From positions 44,850 to 108,849 of IMG/VR virus record IMGVR_UViG_3300032235_000623: DNA of 64,000 nt, one strand, 5' to 3'. Source of the stretch: a virus. Positions 27,630-36,471 of the stretch are shown here, piece after piece (position 1 is the stretch's first letter; the number at the start of each line of letters is the position of its first letter). Position numbers and translations under genes: made by a program. The notes under the pieces are model-generated. The model was not told the origin of the DNA, made no database searches, and saw only the letters and a program-made list of their open reading frames with translations.

Positions 27630-27828
27630 TTTCTACCAACTTTTTTATTTTGCTATAAAATAATAACCCAATATTATTTTTGTAATTACATGAAAGGCAA
27701 TATAAATATATAACATCGTCAATACTCTGGTTAACAGAAAGAGGGCCTTGATCTAAAGGACATTCTATCCTAGGAACAAGACCCTCTTCAGCTAAAGCTA
27801 AGTATTTTGATACGTATTGTATCTTCAA
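27616..27828 (-). CDS. Zn-ribbon protein
   Basis: CPLD and CLSC. Confidence 0.55.
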   Translation of the reverse strand: MKIQYVSKYLALAEEGLVPRIECPLDQGPLSVNQSIDDVIYLYCLSCNYKNNIGLLFYSKIKKLVENELR

Positions 27829-27843
27829 TTACTTCCTCTTATT

Positions 27844-28416
27844 CTAATTTGGAAATTTTGACAGCCACTCAGCTGCTTTAGGTGTTAACCCTTTCCAAGC
27901 TGACCAATCAGTACCGCCATCGGTCATGTAGTACGTTATCTCTGCGTTTATTACTGGATCAAATAAGAGTACATTTGATGCCAGGTTAAATTTTTCTTTA
28001 CGATCAATGCCGAGTTTTCCCAACATATTAATCTGAAAAATTCCATAGGAACTGTCTCCAGTATTCCTGTTACCATTGTAAGCCATTGGTCTTCCATTGG
28101 ATTCCCGCTTAGCAATAGCCCAAGCCGTTTTAAGGGCTTTTCCTTCAAAACCTACAGACCATAACAACTTTTTAAGTTCTTCATCTGTAAGCATCTCAGA
28201 AGGCTTGTATACAGTATTGCTGTATTTCTCTAAGGTTTCTTTCTTTAATTGTGTTTCATCTAAAGCAGTAAGTGATTTGTTTTCACTTGATGCTTCCAAA
28301 GCTAGAGACTCTGTTGGTCCAGGTTGAACACCAAATAAAAATAGTAATAATACTATTATTGATGTCCAACTATGAGCAACATCGCTCAGTCTTTGCTTTA
28401 TTTTCTCCATAGGCAT
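27844..28416 (-). CDS. Membrane-anchored/secreted lytic transglycosylase (SLT/lysozyme-like)
   Basis: N-terminal hydrophobic helix; IAKRES catalytic Glu, SYGIFQIN, DPVINA, WSAW. Confidence 0.85.
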   Translation of the reverse strand: MPMEKIKQRLSDVAHSWTSIIVLLLFLFGVQPGPTESLALEASSENKSLTALDETQLKKETLEKYSNTVYKPSEMLTDEELKKLLWSVGFEGKALKTAWAIAKRESNGRPMAYNGNRNTGDSSYGIFQINMLGKLGIDRKEKFNLASNVLLFDPVINAEITYYMTDGGTDWSAWKGLTPKAAEWLSKFPN

Positions 28417-28572
28417 TTCCTCCTCTAGAGATAACGTTATACAATAATAACATTAGGATCATAAATATGTCAAGCCAGTCAACTAAAAAAAGTTTTTAAA
28501 AGGTCTTTTTTTAATAAAAATCTTTTGGTAGAATTGTCTTTCTATAAATAATTAGAAGGAGAGGCGGACATA

Positions 28573-30507
28573 ATGTCTTATACAATTAAAAACCCGTATG
28601 AAAATTTTATTGCGTTGTCAAGATACGCAAGATGGATTCCAGAAGAAAATAGAAGAGAAAAATGGTCTGAGACCGTAGATAGATATTTTAACTTTATGTT
28701 AAATCATTTATCAGAAAACCATAACTATGCACCAGATAGCAAGCTGGTAGAAGAATTAAAAGAAGCAGTCTACTCTAGAAATGTTATGCCATCAATGCGA
28801 TCAGTAATGACAGCAGGTGCTGCATTAGATAGAGATCATGTGGCAGGATATAACTGTTCATTTGTTCCAGTAGACTCACCAAGATCATTTGATGAAACTA
28901 TGTACATTCTTATGTGTGGAACTGGAGTAGGATTTTCTGTTGAGTATAAGTATGTCAATAAGCTTCCTGCCGTTCCAGAGACATTTGAGAAGTCAACAAC
29001 AGTTATTACTGTTGAAGACTCTAAGCAGGGATGGGCAAAGGCGTACCGTGAGCTCCTAGCTCTACTTTGGTCTGGGCAAATTCCAGCAGTTGATGTGAGC
29101 AAGCTTCGTCCAGCTGGAGCACGTTTAAAGACTATGGGTGGAAGATCATCTGGGCCACAGCCACTGATTAATCTTTTTGATTTTACTATTGCTAAGTTTA
29201 AGTCAGCATCAGGTCGTCAGCTTAAGCCAATTGAAGCACATGACATTATGTGCAAGATTGGTGAAATCGTTGTAGTTGGCGGAGTTCGTCGTTCTGCTAT
29301 GATTTCTCTTTCTAATATTAATGATATTGAAATGGCACAGGCTAAGTCTGGAAATTGGTGGGAAAATAATTCACAACGTGCACTTTCAAATAATTCTGTT
29401 GCTTATTCTCGTAAGCCAGATATGGAGCAGTTTATTGCAGAATGGAAGTCTTTGTATGACTCGAAATCTGGGGAGCGTGGCATTTATAACGTCGCAGCAG
29501 CGCAGGCGCAGGCAGCTAAATATGGTCGCAGAGACCCTGAAGTCCATTATGGAACGAACCCATGTTCAGAAATTATTTTACGTCCTTATCAGTTTTGTAA
29601 CCTTTCAGAAGTCGTATTACGTGAAAAGGACACAGTTGAAGATGTTGCAAATAAAGTTAAGCTTGCAACAATTCTTGGGACATGGCAATCAACACTAACA
29701 GATTTTAAGTATCTTCGTAAAATTTGGAAAGACAATACAGAAGAAGAGAGACTCCTTGGCGTTTCTTTGACAGGACAGTTTGGCCACAAGTTTTTCTCTG
29801 GTAAAGAAAATCTTGCAAAGCTAGAAGAAACTCTTAACGGTCTTCGTGAGTACGCAAGAACAATGAACTCTGAAGAGGCGGGGAAAATTGGGATTCCTGA
29901 GTCTGCAGCTATTACATGCGTAAAGCCTTCTGGAACAGTGTCTCAATTGGTCGGGGTGTCTTCAGGAATGCATGCTTGGCATTCTGATTATTATATTAGA
30001 ACAGTACGTGGTGATAAAAAAGATCCTCTTTCGACTTTCCTAAAAGAAGTTGGGATTCCAGTAGAGGATGATTTCATGAAGCCAAACGATACTTATGTAT
30101 TTTCTTTTCCAGTAAAGGCACCAGAAGGAGCAATTACTAGAAATCATTTAACAGCAATTGAGCATTTAAACACTTGGCTAGTTTATCAACGTGCTTGGTG
30201 TGAACACAAACCATCAATTACAGTTTCTGTAAAAGAAGATGAATGGATGGAGGTAGGTGCTTGGGTATATAAGCACTTCGACGAGGTATCTGGAATATCA
30301 TTCTTGCCTCATTCTGATCACTCGTATAAGCAGGCTCCGTATCAAGAAGTATCAAGAGAAGAGTATGAGGATTTACTGAGCAGAATGCCATCGGAAATTA
30401 GATGGGAAGATTTATCTTTCTACGAAACAGAAGATGGAACAAGCGGAACACAAACATTAGCATGCACCTCTGACGGTAATTGCGAGATTGTGGATATATC
30501 AGCTTAG
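28573..30507 (+). CDS. nrdJ: Class II (adenosylcobalamin-dependent) ribonucleotide reductase
   Basis: YNCSF, GGVRRSA, GTNPCSEI, CNLSEV, TCVKPSGTVS and a C-terminal Cys pair. Confidence 0.93.
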   Translation: MSYTIKNPYENFIALSRYARWIPEENRREKWSETVDRYFNFMLNHLSENHNYAPDSKLVEELKEAVYSRNVMPSMRSVMTAGAALDRDHVAGYNCSFVPVDSPRSFDETMYILMCGTGVGFSVEYKYVNKLPAVPETFEKSTTVITVEDSKQGWAKAYRELLALLWSGQIPAVDVSKLRPAGARLKTMGGRSSGPQPLINLFDFTIAKFKSASGRQLKPIEAHDIMCKIGEIVVVGGVRRSAMISLSNINDIEMAQAKSGNWWENNSQRALSNNSVAYSRKPDMEQFIAEWKSLYDSKSGERGIYNVAAAQAQAAKYGRRDPEVHYGTNPCSEIILRPYQFCNLSEVVLREKDTVEDVANKVKLATILGTWQSTLTDFKYLRKIWKDNTEEERLLGVSLTGQFGHKFFSGKENLAKLEETLNGLREYARTMNSEEAGKIGIPESAAITCVKPSGTVSQLVGVSSGMHAWHSDYYIRTVRGDKKDPLSTFLKEVGIPVEDDFMKPNDTYVFSFPVKAPEGAITRNHLTAIEHLNTWLVYQRAWCEHKPSITVSVKEDEWMEVGAWVYKHFDEVSGISFLPHSDHSYKQAPYQEVSREEYEDLLSRMPSEIRWEDLSFYETEDGTSGTQTLACTSDGNCEIVDISA

Positions 30508-30571
30508 TAGTATAATATATTTGGGGTAAAACCCAAATTCCTGGGCAGAGTGCCCAGAAATAGGAGGTCTT

Positions 30572-30799
30572 ATGAAACAAGATCTAAATAATGATGGAAA
30601 GGTAACAATGCAAGAAAAAATTCTAGCAGCGTTAGCAAGCTACGGACGCCATTTCTTAGGTGCCGCAATTGCTCTCTATATGACTGGTAATACAGACCCA
30701 GGAGATTTGATTAAGGGAGGAATTGCAGCAGTACTGCCAGTAATTCTTAAGGCCCTTAATACAAATGAGCCAGCTTTTGGATTTACCAAGAAACCGTAA
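30572..30799 (+). CDS. Small membrane protein, possible holin
   Basis: EF-hand-like DLNNDGKVT then two hydrophobic helices. Confidence 0.45.
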   Translation: MKQDLNNDGKVTMQEKILAALASYGRHFLGAAIALYMTGNTDPGDLIKGGIAAVLPVILKALNTNEPAFGFTKKP

Positions 30800-30870
30800 G
30801 TATTAGTTGATTAGGATAGCTCCTATGCTAAAATAAGCATAGGAGTTTTCCTTTTAGGAGATTTTTGCAA

Positions 30871-31221
30871 ATGGCAGTACAAAAGAATTTCGAAGTAGAT
30901 CAAAATGCTACTTTCACCTTTGAGGTTCAATATACCGAAGAGGATGAAGTAACGCCTATTGATCTCACTGGCGCAACCGCTAAAATGCAGGTGCGTGACA
31001 CAAAGGGCGGAACAAAGTTAGCATTTACGCTAACTTCTCCATCTGGTGGAATTACAATTGACGAGCCAAATGGAAAGTTGACTATAAAGATCACTCCTAC
31101 TCAAACCAATAAAATGTTTTATCCAAAATCTGCATATGACATAATGGTAGTTGATTCAAATGGTAACAAAACAAAGTTGCTAGAAGGATTTATGACACTG
31201 AGTAGGAGTGTGACTATTTAA
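30871..31221 (+). CDS. Virion structural protein (BppU-N-like)
   Basis: DQNATF..PIDLTGATAKMQVR..YDI..LLEG. Confidence 0.65.
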   Translation: MAVQKNFEVDQNATFTFEVQYTEEDEVTPIDLTGATAKMQVRDTKGGTKLAFTLTSPSGGITIDEPNGKLTIKITPTQTNKMFYPKSAYDIMVVDSNGNKTKLLEGFMTLSRSVTI

Positions 31222-31670
31222 TGGCCGATGTAATTAAGGTTGTAGAGCAAAAAAATAAAGTAATCATTTCATCTCCAGGATCTCAAGGTCCAAGAGGTAA
31301 AACAATACTTAATGGATCTGGTGCACCTGCAAATAATTTAGGACTAGAGGGCGATTTTTATTATGATAAAGATTCTGCTGCATTTTATGGTCCAAAGTTA
31401 TCAGACCTAACATGGGTTGGTGCAACAGTTATAGAGTTTGCAACAACAGAGAATGTCTCTTATACAACATCTTGGGAGCTATCTCAATTAGTTGGTCCAG
31501 TAAATGGGGAATACTCCATACAAATAACACATAACTTAGGATACAGTCCAAGTGTAACAATTAAGTCAAGTTCTGGTGACGTAGTAGAAACTGGAATAAA
31601 TTATGATTCGCTTAATCAGTTAACTCTTGTAATGGCACAGCCGTTTTCTGGAACAGTATACCTATCATAA
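31221..31670 (+). CDS. Tail fibre/adaptor protein
   Basis: GSQGPRG, GAP..LGLEGDFY, ITHNLG. Confidence 0.6.
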   Translation: MADVIKVVEQKNKVIISSPGSQGPRGKTILNGSGAPANNLGLEGDFYYDKDSAAFYGPKLSDLTWVGATVIEFATTENVSYTTSWELSQLVGPVNGEYSIQITHNLGYSPSVTIKSSSGDVVETGINYDSLNQLTLVMAQPFSGTVYLS

Positions 31671-31682
31671 GGAGATAAAAAA

Positions 31683-32963
31683 ATGGCAAGAAAATTTTTG
31701 GTAAGCGTCGACCTAAATAAAAATGAACTTCTAAATGCCAGAATTCAGAATTTAGGTAGTGCCCCATCAAGTCCAGTATCAGGACAAATTTATTTTGATA
31801 CAAACGATAATGTTTTATATTTTTATAACGGAACTTCTTGGGTCCCAGCATCTGGAGCAACAGATGTAATTCAAGAGGTTATAGGTTCTTCTGTTATAGG
31901 AGGAACAGGATTAACAGCCACATATGACAACGTATCTGGCGAAACAACTATTTCTTTAGATGACACAGCTGTAACAACTGGAAGCTATGGTTCAAGCACA
32001 GAGATTCCAACATTTACCGTAGACGCACAAGGTAGACTTACTGCAGCTGGAAGCACAACAATCTCTACAGATTTAGCAGTTTCCGCAGATTCTGGATCAG
32101 ATACTATATCTCTTCTTTCAGAAACCCTAACTATTTCTGGCGGAGAAGGAATTGATACATCTGTTGAGTCTGGAACAATTACAATTTCTGGAGAAGATGC
32201 TTCAGGAACTAATAAGGGTATTGCTAGCTTCAACACAACAGATTTTTCTGTATCTAATGGCCATGTAAGTTTAGCAAAAGACCCAGTAATTACACTTTCT
32301 GGAGATGTTGCTGGTTCTGCAACAATGACAAACCTTGGCGATGTCACAATAACAACAACTGTACAGCCAAACTCAGTAGCACTTGGCACAGATACAACTG
32401 GTAACTATATTGCAACAATTTCAGGAACAGCTAATGAAATTACAGTAACAGGATCAGGATCAGAGTCAGCAGCGGTAACAATTGGATTGCCAGACGACGT
32501 AACAGTTTCTGGAAACTTAACAGTTAATGGTAACCTTGATGTTGCAGGATCAATTAATTCTGTAAATACAACAGAAGTAAATATAGTTGACAATAAGGTT
32601 GTATTAAATTCAAATGTTACAGGTTCTCCTACAGCAAATGCTGGAGTTAGAGTTGAGCGTGGAACATCAACAGATGTTGAACTTCTTTGGAATGAGACAT
32701 CAGATCAGTGGACATTGACAAATGATGGAACTAACTATCATGAAATAACAAGAAAGTACAAGCAAACACTTTCTACATCTGCAACATCATATACTGTTAC
32801 ACACAATCTAGGAACTCAAGATGTTATTGTACAAATTTATGAAGTTGCATCACCATACCAGCAAATTTTTGCTGATGTAGAGCATACAAGCTCAAGCACA
32901 GTAACAGTAAAATTTGCATCTGCTCCAACAGCTGGAGAATATAGAGTAGTTATCATAGGATAA
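31683..32963 (+). CDS. Tail fibre protein
   Basis: Thr/Ser/Gly-rich; VDAQGRLTAA; VTHNLGT C-domain. Confidence 0.7.
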   Translation: MARKFLVSVDLNKNELLNARIQNLGSAPSSPVSGQIYFDTNDNVLYFYNGTSWVPASGATDVIQEVIGSSVIGGTGLTATYDNVSGETTISLDDTAVTTGSYGSSTEIPTFTVDAQGRLTAAGSTTISTDLAVSADSGSDTISLLSETLTISGGEGIDTSVESGTITISGEDASGTNKGIASFNTTDFSVSNGHVSLAKDPVITLSGDVAGSATMTNLGDVTITTTVQPNSVALGTDTTGNYIATISGTANEITVTGSGSESAAVTIGLPDDVTVSGNLTVNGNLDVAGSINSVNTTEVNIVDNKVVLNSNVTGSPTANAGVRVERGTSTDVELLWNETSDQWTLTNDGTNYHEITRKYKQTLSTSATSYTVTHNLGTQDVIVQIYEVASPYQQIFADVEHTSSSTVTVKFASAPTAGEYRVVIIG

Positions 32964-32973
32964 GGTAGTAATA

Positions 32974-33348
32974 ATGGCCAAATTTAAATCATTATTAAAC
33001 TTAGTAACACTTTCAGTAGACCCATCATCTGGGTCTGCTGGAGATGTTTACTTTAATGTAGTTTCAAAAAATTTGAAGATACATAATGGTTTAGTTTGGG
33101 TTGACTTAACACCTAGTTCAAAAGATCCTGCTCCATTCTATATGCACACTCATACTTATGATGGAGATGTTCATACAATTACAATTGATGACATGATTAC
33201 GTTTGACAATGATTTAAATAATGAAGCATCAGTTGTGGAACAAATCCCTGCTATAATTGGATTTGACGGCGGTAGTCCAAATTCAATATACGACGATGTT
33301 TCTTATAAAGAGTTAACATTGTTAGACGGAGGCGAAATTGGCAACTAA
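32974..33348 (+). CDS. Small fibre-associated protein
   Basis: GDVYFN..HTHTYDG..DGG motifs. Confidence 0.55.
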   Translation: MAKFKSLLNLVTLSVDPSSGSAGDVYFNVVSKNLKIHNGLVWVDLTPSSKDPAPFYMHTHTYDGDVHTITIDDMITFDNDLNNEASVVEQIPAIIGFDGGSPNSIYDDVSYKELTLLDGGEIGN

Positions 33349-34555
33349 TTTCCCAACAAGTTTAGACAACTTATCAAATCCAGATGGAACAGACAGCCTA
33401 CAAGGACACGCACAGCTTCATGCTAATGTAAATGATGCAATTGAAGCTATTCAGTCTAAAATCGGAGTAGATGGTTCAGAAGATACAACGTCTTTAGATT
33501 ACAGAGTATCTCAGTTAGAAATATCTCCAGTAGATATTGAGCAAGTACAGGATGCAATTGCAGCAGCATTTGCTGCTGGAGATCAATCACAGGTTACAGT
33601 ATCTTATAATGATGCTTTAAACTCATTAACGCTTTTAGTAAATGCTGCAGAAACAGCAGGATATACAAGCACAGTTAAACACTATGTAAAAAATTCTTCA
33701 GGGTCAACAATAACTGCTGGCACTCCAGTGTATACATCTGGAGCAAATGGTGCAAATATTCTTGTTTCAAAAGCATCTAATGTTGGAGAGTCAACTTCAA
33801 GCAAAACGTTTGGCTTGCTTGCACAAAATTTAGCTCAAAATGGTATTGGATTTGTAGTTACTGAGGGATTACTTTCAGGTCTAAATACTAGCTCAGCCAA
33901 TGCTGGTGATCCAGTATGGCTTGGAGTAAATGGATCTGTTATATACGGGTTATCTAATAAGCCAATAGCTCCAGCACACCTAGTATTTTTAGGTATTGTA
34001 ACTAGAGCACACGCACAAAATGGTCAGATTTTTGTTAAGGTTCAAAATGGATTTGAACTTAACGAATTACACGATGTAGATTTAGATTACTCTAATCCTC
34101 CATCCGACGGAGATGTGCTTGCTTATAATGCAACTACAGGAATGTGGACAAATTCATCTGAATTTGTAACACAAAGTTATGTAGACGATGCTATTTCTAC
34201 AGTAGGAGACTCAGTAGATTCTGTAACAACCTTACTAGGGCTAGAGGGTAACAATGATACTGTTATTACTGGGATAGAAAATGAGACTGAGGTAGATACT
34301 TTTGCAGTTTCAGATTTTAGAACAGTTAAGTATCATTTGCAAATATCAAGAAATTCAGAGTTTTATGTTTCTGATTTCTTGTTGTTAGCAGATGGAACAA
34401 ATGTAAATGTAGTTGAGTCAAACGTAATATCAAACACATCTTCAGATCTTGCAAATGTAAATTTTGAAGAAAATTCAGGTATAATTAGTCTATATGTGAC
34501 ACCTGTTGGATCTGCTGTAACAGCAAGATTTATCAGAATGTCATTAAAGGCTTAA
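33338..34555 (+). CDS. Tail/fibre structural protein
   Basis: MATNFPTSLD..HAQLH; ELNELHDV. Confidence 0.65.
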   Translation: MATNFPTSLDNLSNPDGTDSLQGHAQLHANVNDAIEAIQSKIGVDGSEDTTSLDYRVSQLEISPVDIEQVQDAIAAAFAAGDQSQVTVSYNDALNSLTLLVNAAETAGYTSTVKHYVKNSSGSTITAGTPVYTSGANGANILVSKASNVGESTSSKTFGLLAQNLAQNGIGFVVTEGLLSGLNTSSANAGDPVWLGVNGSVIYGLSNKPIAPAHLVFLGIVTRAHAQNGQIFVKVQNGFELNELHDVDLDYSNPPSDGDVLAYNATTGMWTNSSEFVTQSYVDDAISTVGDSVDSVTTLLGLEGNNDTVITGIENETEVDTFAVSDFRTVKYHLQISRNSEFYVSDFLLLADGTNVNVVESNVISNTSSDLANVNFEENSGIISLYVTPVGSAVTARFIRMSLKA

Positions 34556-34570
34556 TAAGGGGGTTGCACA

Positions 34571-36034
34571 GTGGCAACATTAAATAAAAACTTTAGAATT
34601 AAAAATGGCTTGGTAGTTGAAGGATCAACGGCTACCGTAAATGGTCAAAATATATTAACAGAGACAGGTTCTGATCAATATATTATCAATCTCATTGGTG
34701 GCACAGCAACAGATGCAAATACTCCTAGTGCAGTTGTAAAGCGTGATGCAAATGGTGATTTTGCTGCAGGCACAATTACAGCAGATCTCGCTGGTAATGC
34801 AGACACAGCAACAACACTTGAGACTTCACGTACAATTGAATTAACTGGAGATGTAACAGGCTCTGTTTCATTTGATGGTTCACAAAATGTTCAAATTCAA
34901 GCAGTCATAGACGGGTCGTTTGCTACAAATTCAGAAGTAACATCAGCAATTGAAAATGCAGCAGGCTCATACCTTGATTGGGATGGACAATCTCAGCTTA
35001 ATGTTAATACACAAGAAATTGCTCAGGCATTTGGTCAGACATTTGATTCTTATGGGTCAGCAGATGATGCAGAAACAGCAGCAAACTTATATACAGATGG
35101 CCGTGAAACTGCCATCACGACTGCTTATCAGGACTACGCTGATCAGGCAGAGGTTGATGCTAAGGCATACACAGATGCTCGTGAAACAGCAATTACATCT
35201 GCATACCAGTCATACGCTGATACAGCAGAACAAGATGCTAAGGACTATGCAGATGATTTAATTAATGATGCATCAAACCTTTCAACAGAAGTTTGGTCAG
35301 CATACAAGACAAATACAGAAATTGGTCTTGCAGAACAAAGAGCAAAGGATCACGCAGATGATGCTGTAGCAGGACTTGTTGGTTCAGCTCCAGAGGTTTT
35401 GGATACAATTCAAGAATTGGCAACAGCACTTGAAAATAATCCAGACATTATTGCTGATCTTGAAAATGTTGCAGCAGGTAAGCAAAATACACTAACTCCA
35501 GGCGCAAATATTGATATCTCAAACGATACAATTTCTGTAACTGGACTTGATGCAGCAGACATTTCAGACTTTAACCAAGCAGCACTTTCTGCAACATCAG
35601 CAGCATACGATCCATCTGGTGCAGCAGCAGATGCTCAGACAAACGCTGAGGCAACTGCACAGGCAGCACTTGATGATGTATTAGATGCTACAACAGCATT
35701 TACTGCACTTAATGTAAACGATGAGGCTAAGCAATTTGCTGCAAGCTCAACATCATTAGGGTCAGTAGTTGTAACAGCTTATGAGTGGGCAAAAGCTGAT
35801 TATCGTTCAGCAAAGGCACTTGTAAAGATTGACAACGGAACACATAATGAAATATCAGAAATTCTACTCACACTAGATTCATCAGATAACGTATCAATTA
35901 CAGAATATGCAATTGTAGGTACTAACGGATCTAGAGGAACAATCACAGCAGATGTTTCAGGTTCAAATGTTAGAATTCGTGTAAATCCAGTAAACGATTC
36001 AACAATTAAAATTACTGGAACACTGCTTAAATAA
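34571..36034 (+). CDS. Tail fibre protein
   Basis: VKRDANGDFAAGTITA, APEVLDTIQELA, AKAYTD repeats. Confidence 0.7.
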   Translation: MATLNKNFRIKNGLVVEGSTATVNGQNILTETGSDQYIINLIGGTATDANTPSAVVKRDANGDFAAGTITADLAGNADTATTLETSRTIELTGDVTGSVSFDGSQNVQIQAVIDGSFATNSEVTSAIENAAGSYLDWDGQSQLNVNTQEIAQAFGQTFDSYGSADDAETAANLYTDGRETAITTAYQDYADQAEVDAKAYTDARETAITSAYQSYADTAEQDAKDYADDLINDASNLSTEVWSAYKTNTEIGLAEQRAKDHADDAVAGLVGSAPEVLDTIQELATALENNPDIIADLENVAAGKQNTLTPGANIDISNDTISVTGLDAADISDFNQAALSATSAAYDPSGAAADAQTNAEATAQAALDDVLDATTAFTALNVNDEAKQFAASSTSLGSVVVTAYEWAKADYRSAKALVKIDNGTHNEISEILLTLDSSDNVSITEYAIVGTNGSRGTITADVSGSNVRIRVNPVNDSTIKITGTLLK

Positions 36035-36102
36035 TTAAATAAAAGGCTTGGGGGAGAGCCTAAATCTCCCCCACAAATAAAAATTCGGGGGATAGGGAAC
36101 TC

Positions 36103-36441
36103 GTGACAACAAACAATAAAGATTTTAAAGTTAAGAATGGCCTTGTAGTTGAGGGTAATCAAATAACGCTTGGAGATACTCCAGTAGCCTTCAATACCTC
36201 CACAAGCAAATTAGAAATTTATATTAACGGTTCTTGGCAGCCAATAGCTTTTACATCAGAAATTCCAGATGTTCCAGAAATTACATTTATGGATATCGGA
36301 TTGGCCATTGACTACGATGGAGAACCAGTATATACAGTTCAGGCAAATGGTGTAGTTACCACAGCCACAAAATTCGCAGATGGGGGAACTCCATCAACAT
36401 CTTCTTTCGGTATTACCTTTGATTCAGGTACTATCGGTTAA
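36103..36441 (+). CDS. Small fibre-associated protein
   Basis: N-terminus paralogous to the 34571 gene (KDFKVKNGLVVEG). Confidence 0.6.
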   Translation: MTTNNKDFKVKNGLVVEGNQITLGDTPVAFNTSTSKLEIYINGSWQPIAFTSEIPDVPEITFMDIGLAIDYDGEPVYTVQANGVVTTATKFADGGTPSTSSFGITFDSGTIG

Positions 36442-36471
36442 GAAGATAAAATGATATAATAAGGAGTAATT

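Noticed and set aside
28416-28572. c-di-AMP riboswitch before the transglycosylase, or cobalamin riboswitch/NrdR box before nrdJ
   Set aside because: The intergenic region is short, AT-rich and lacks the conserved elements
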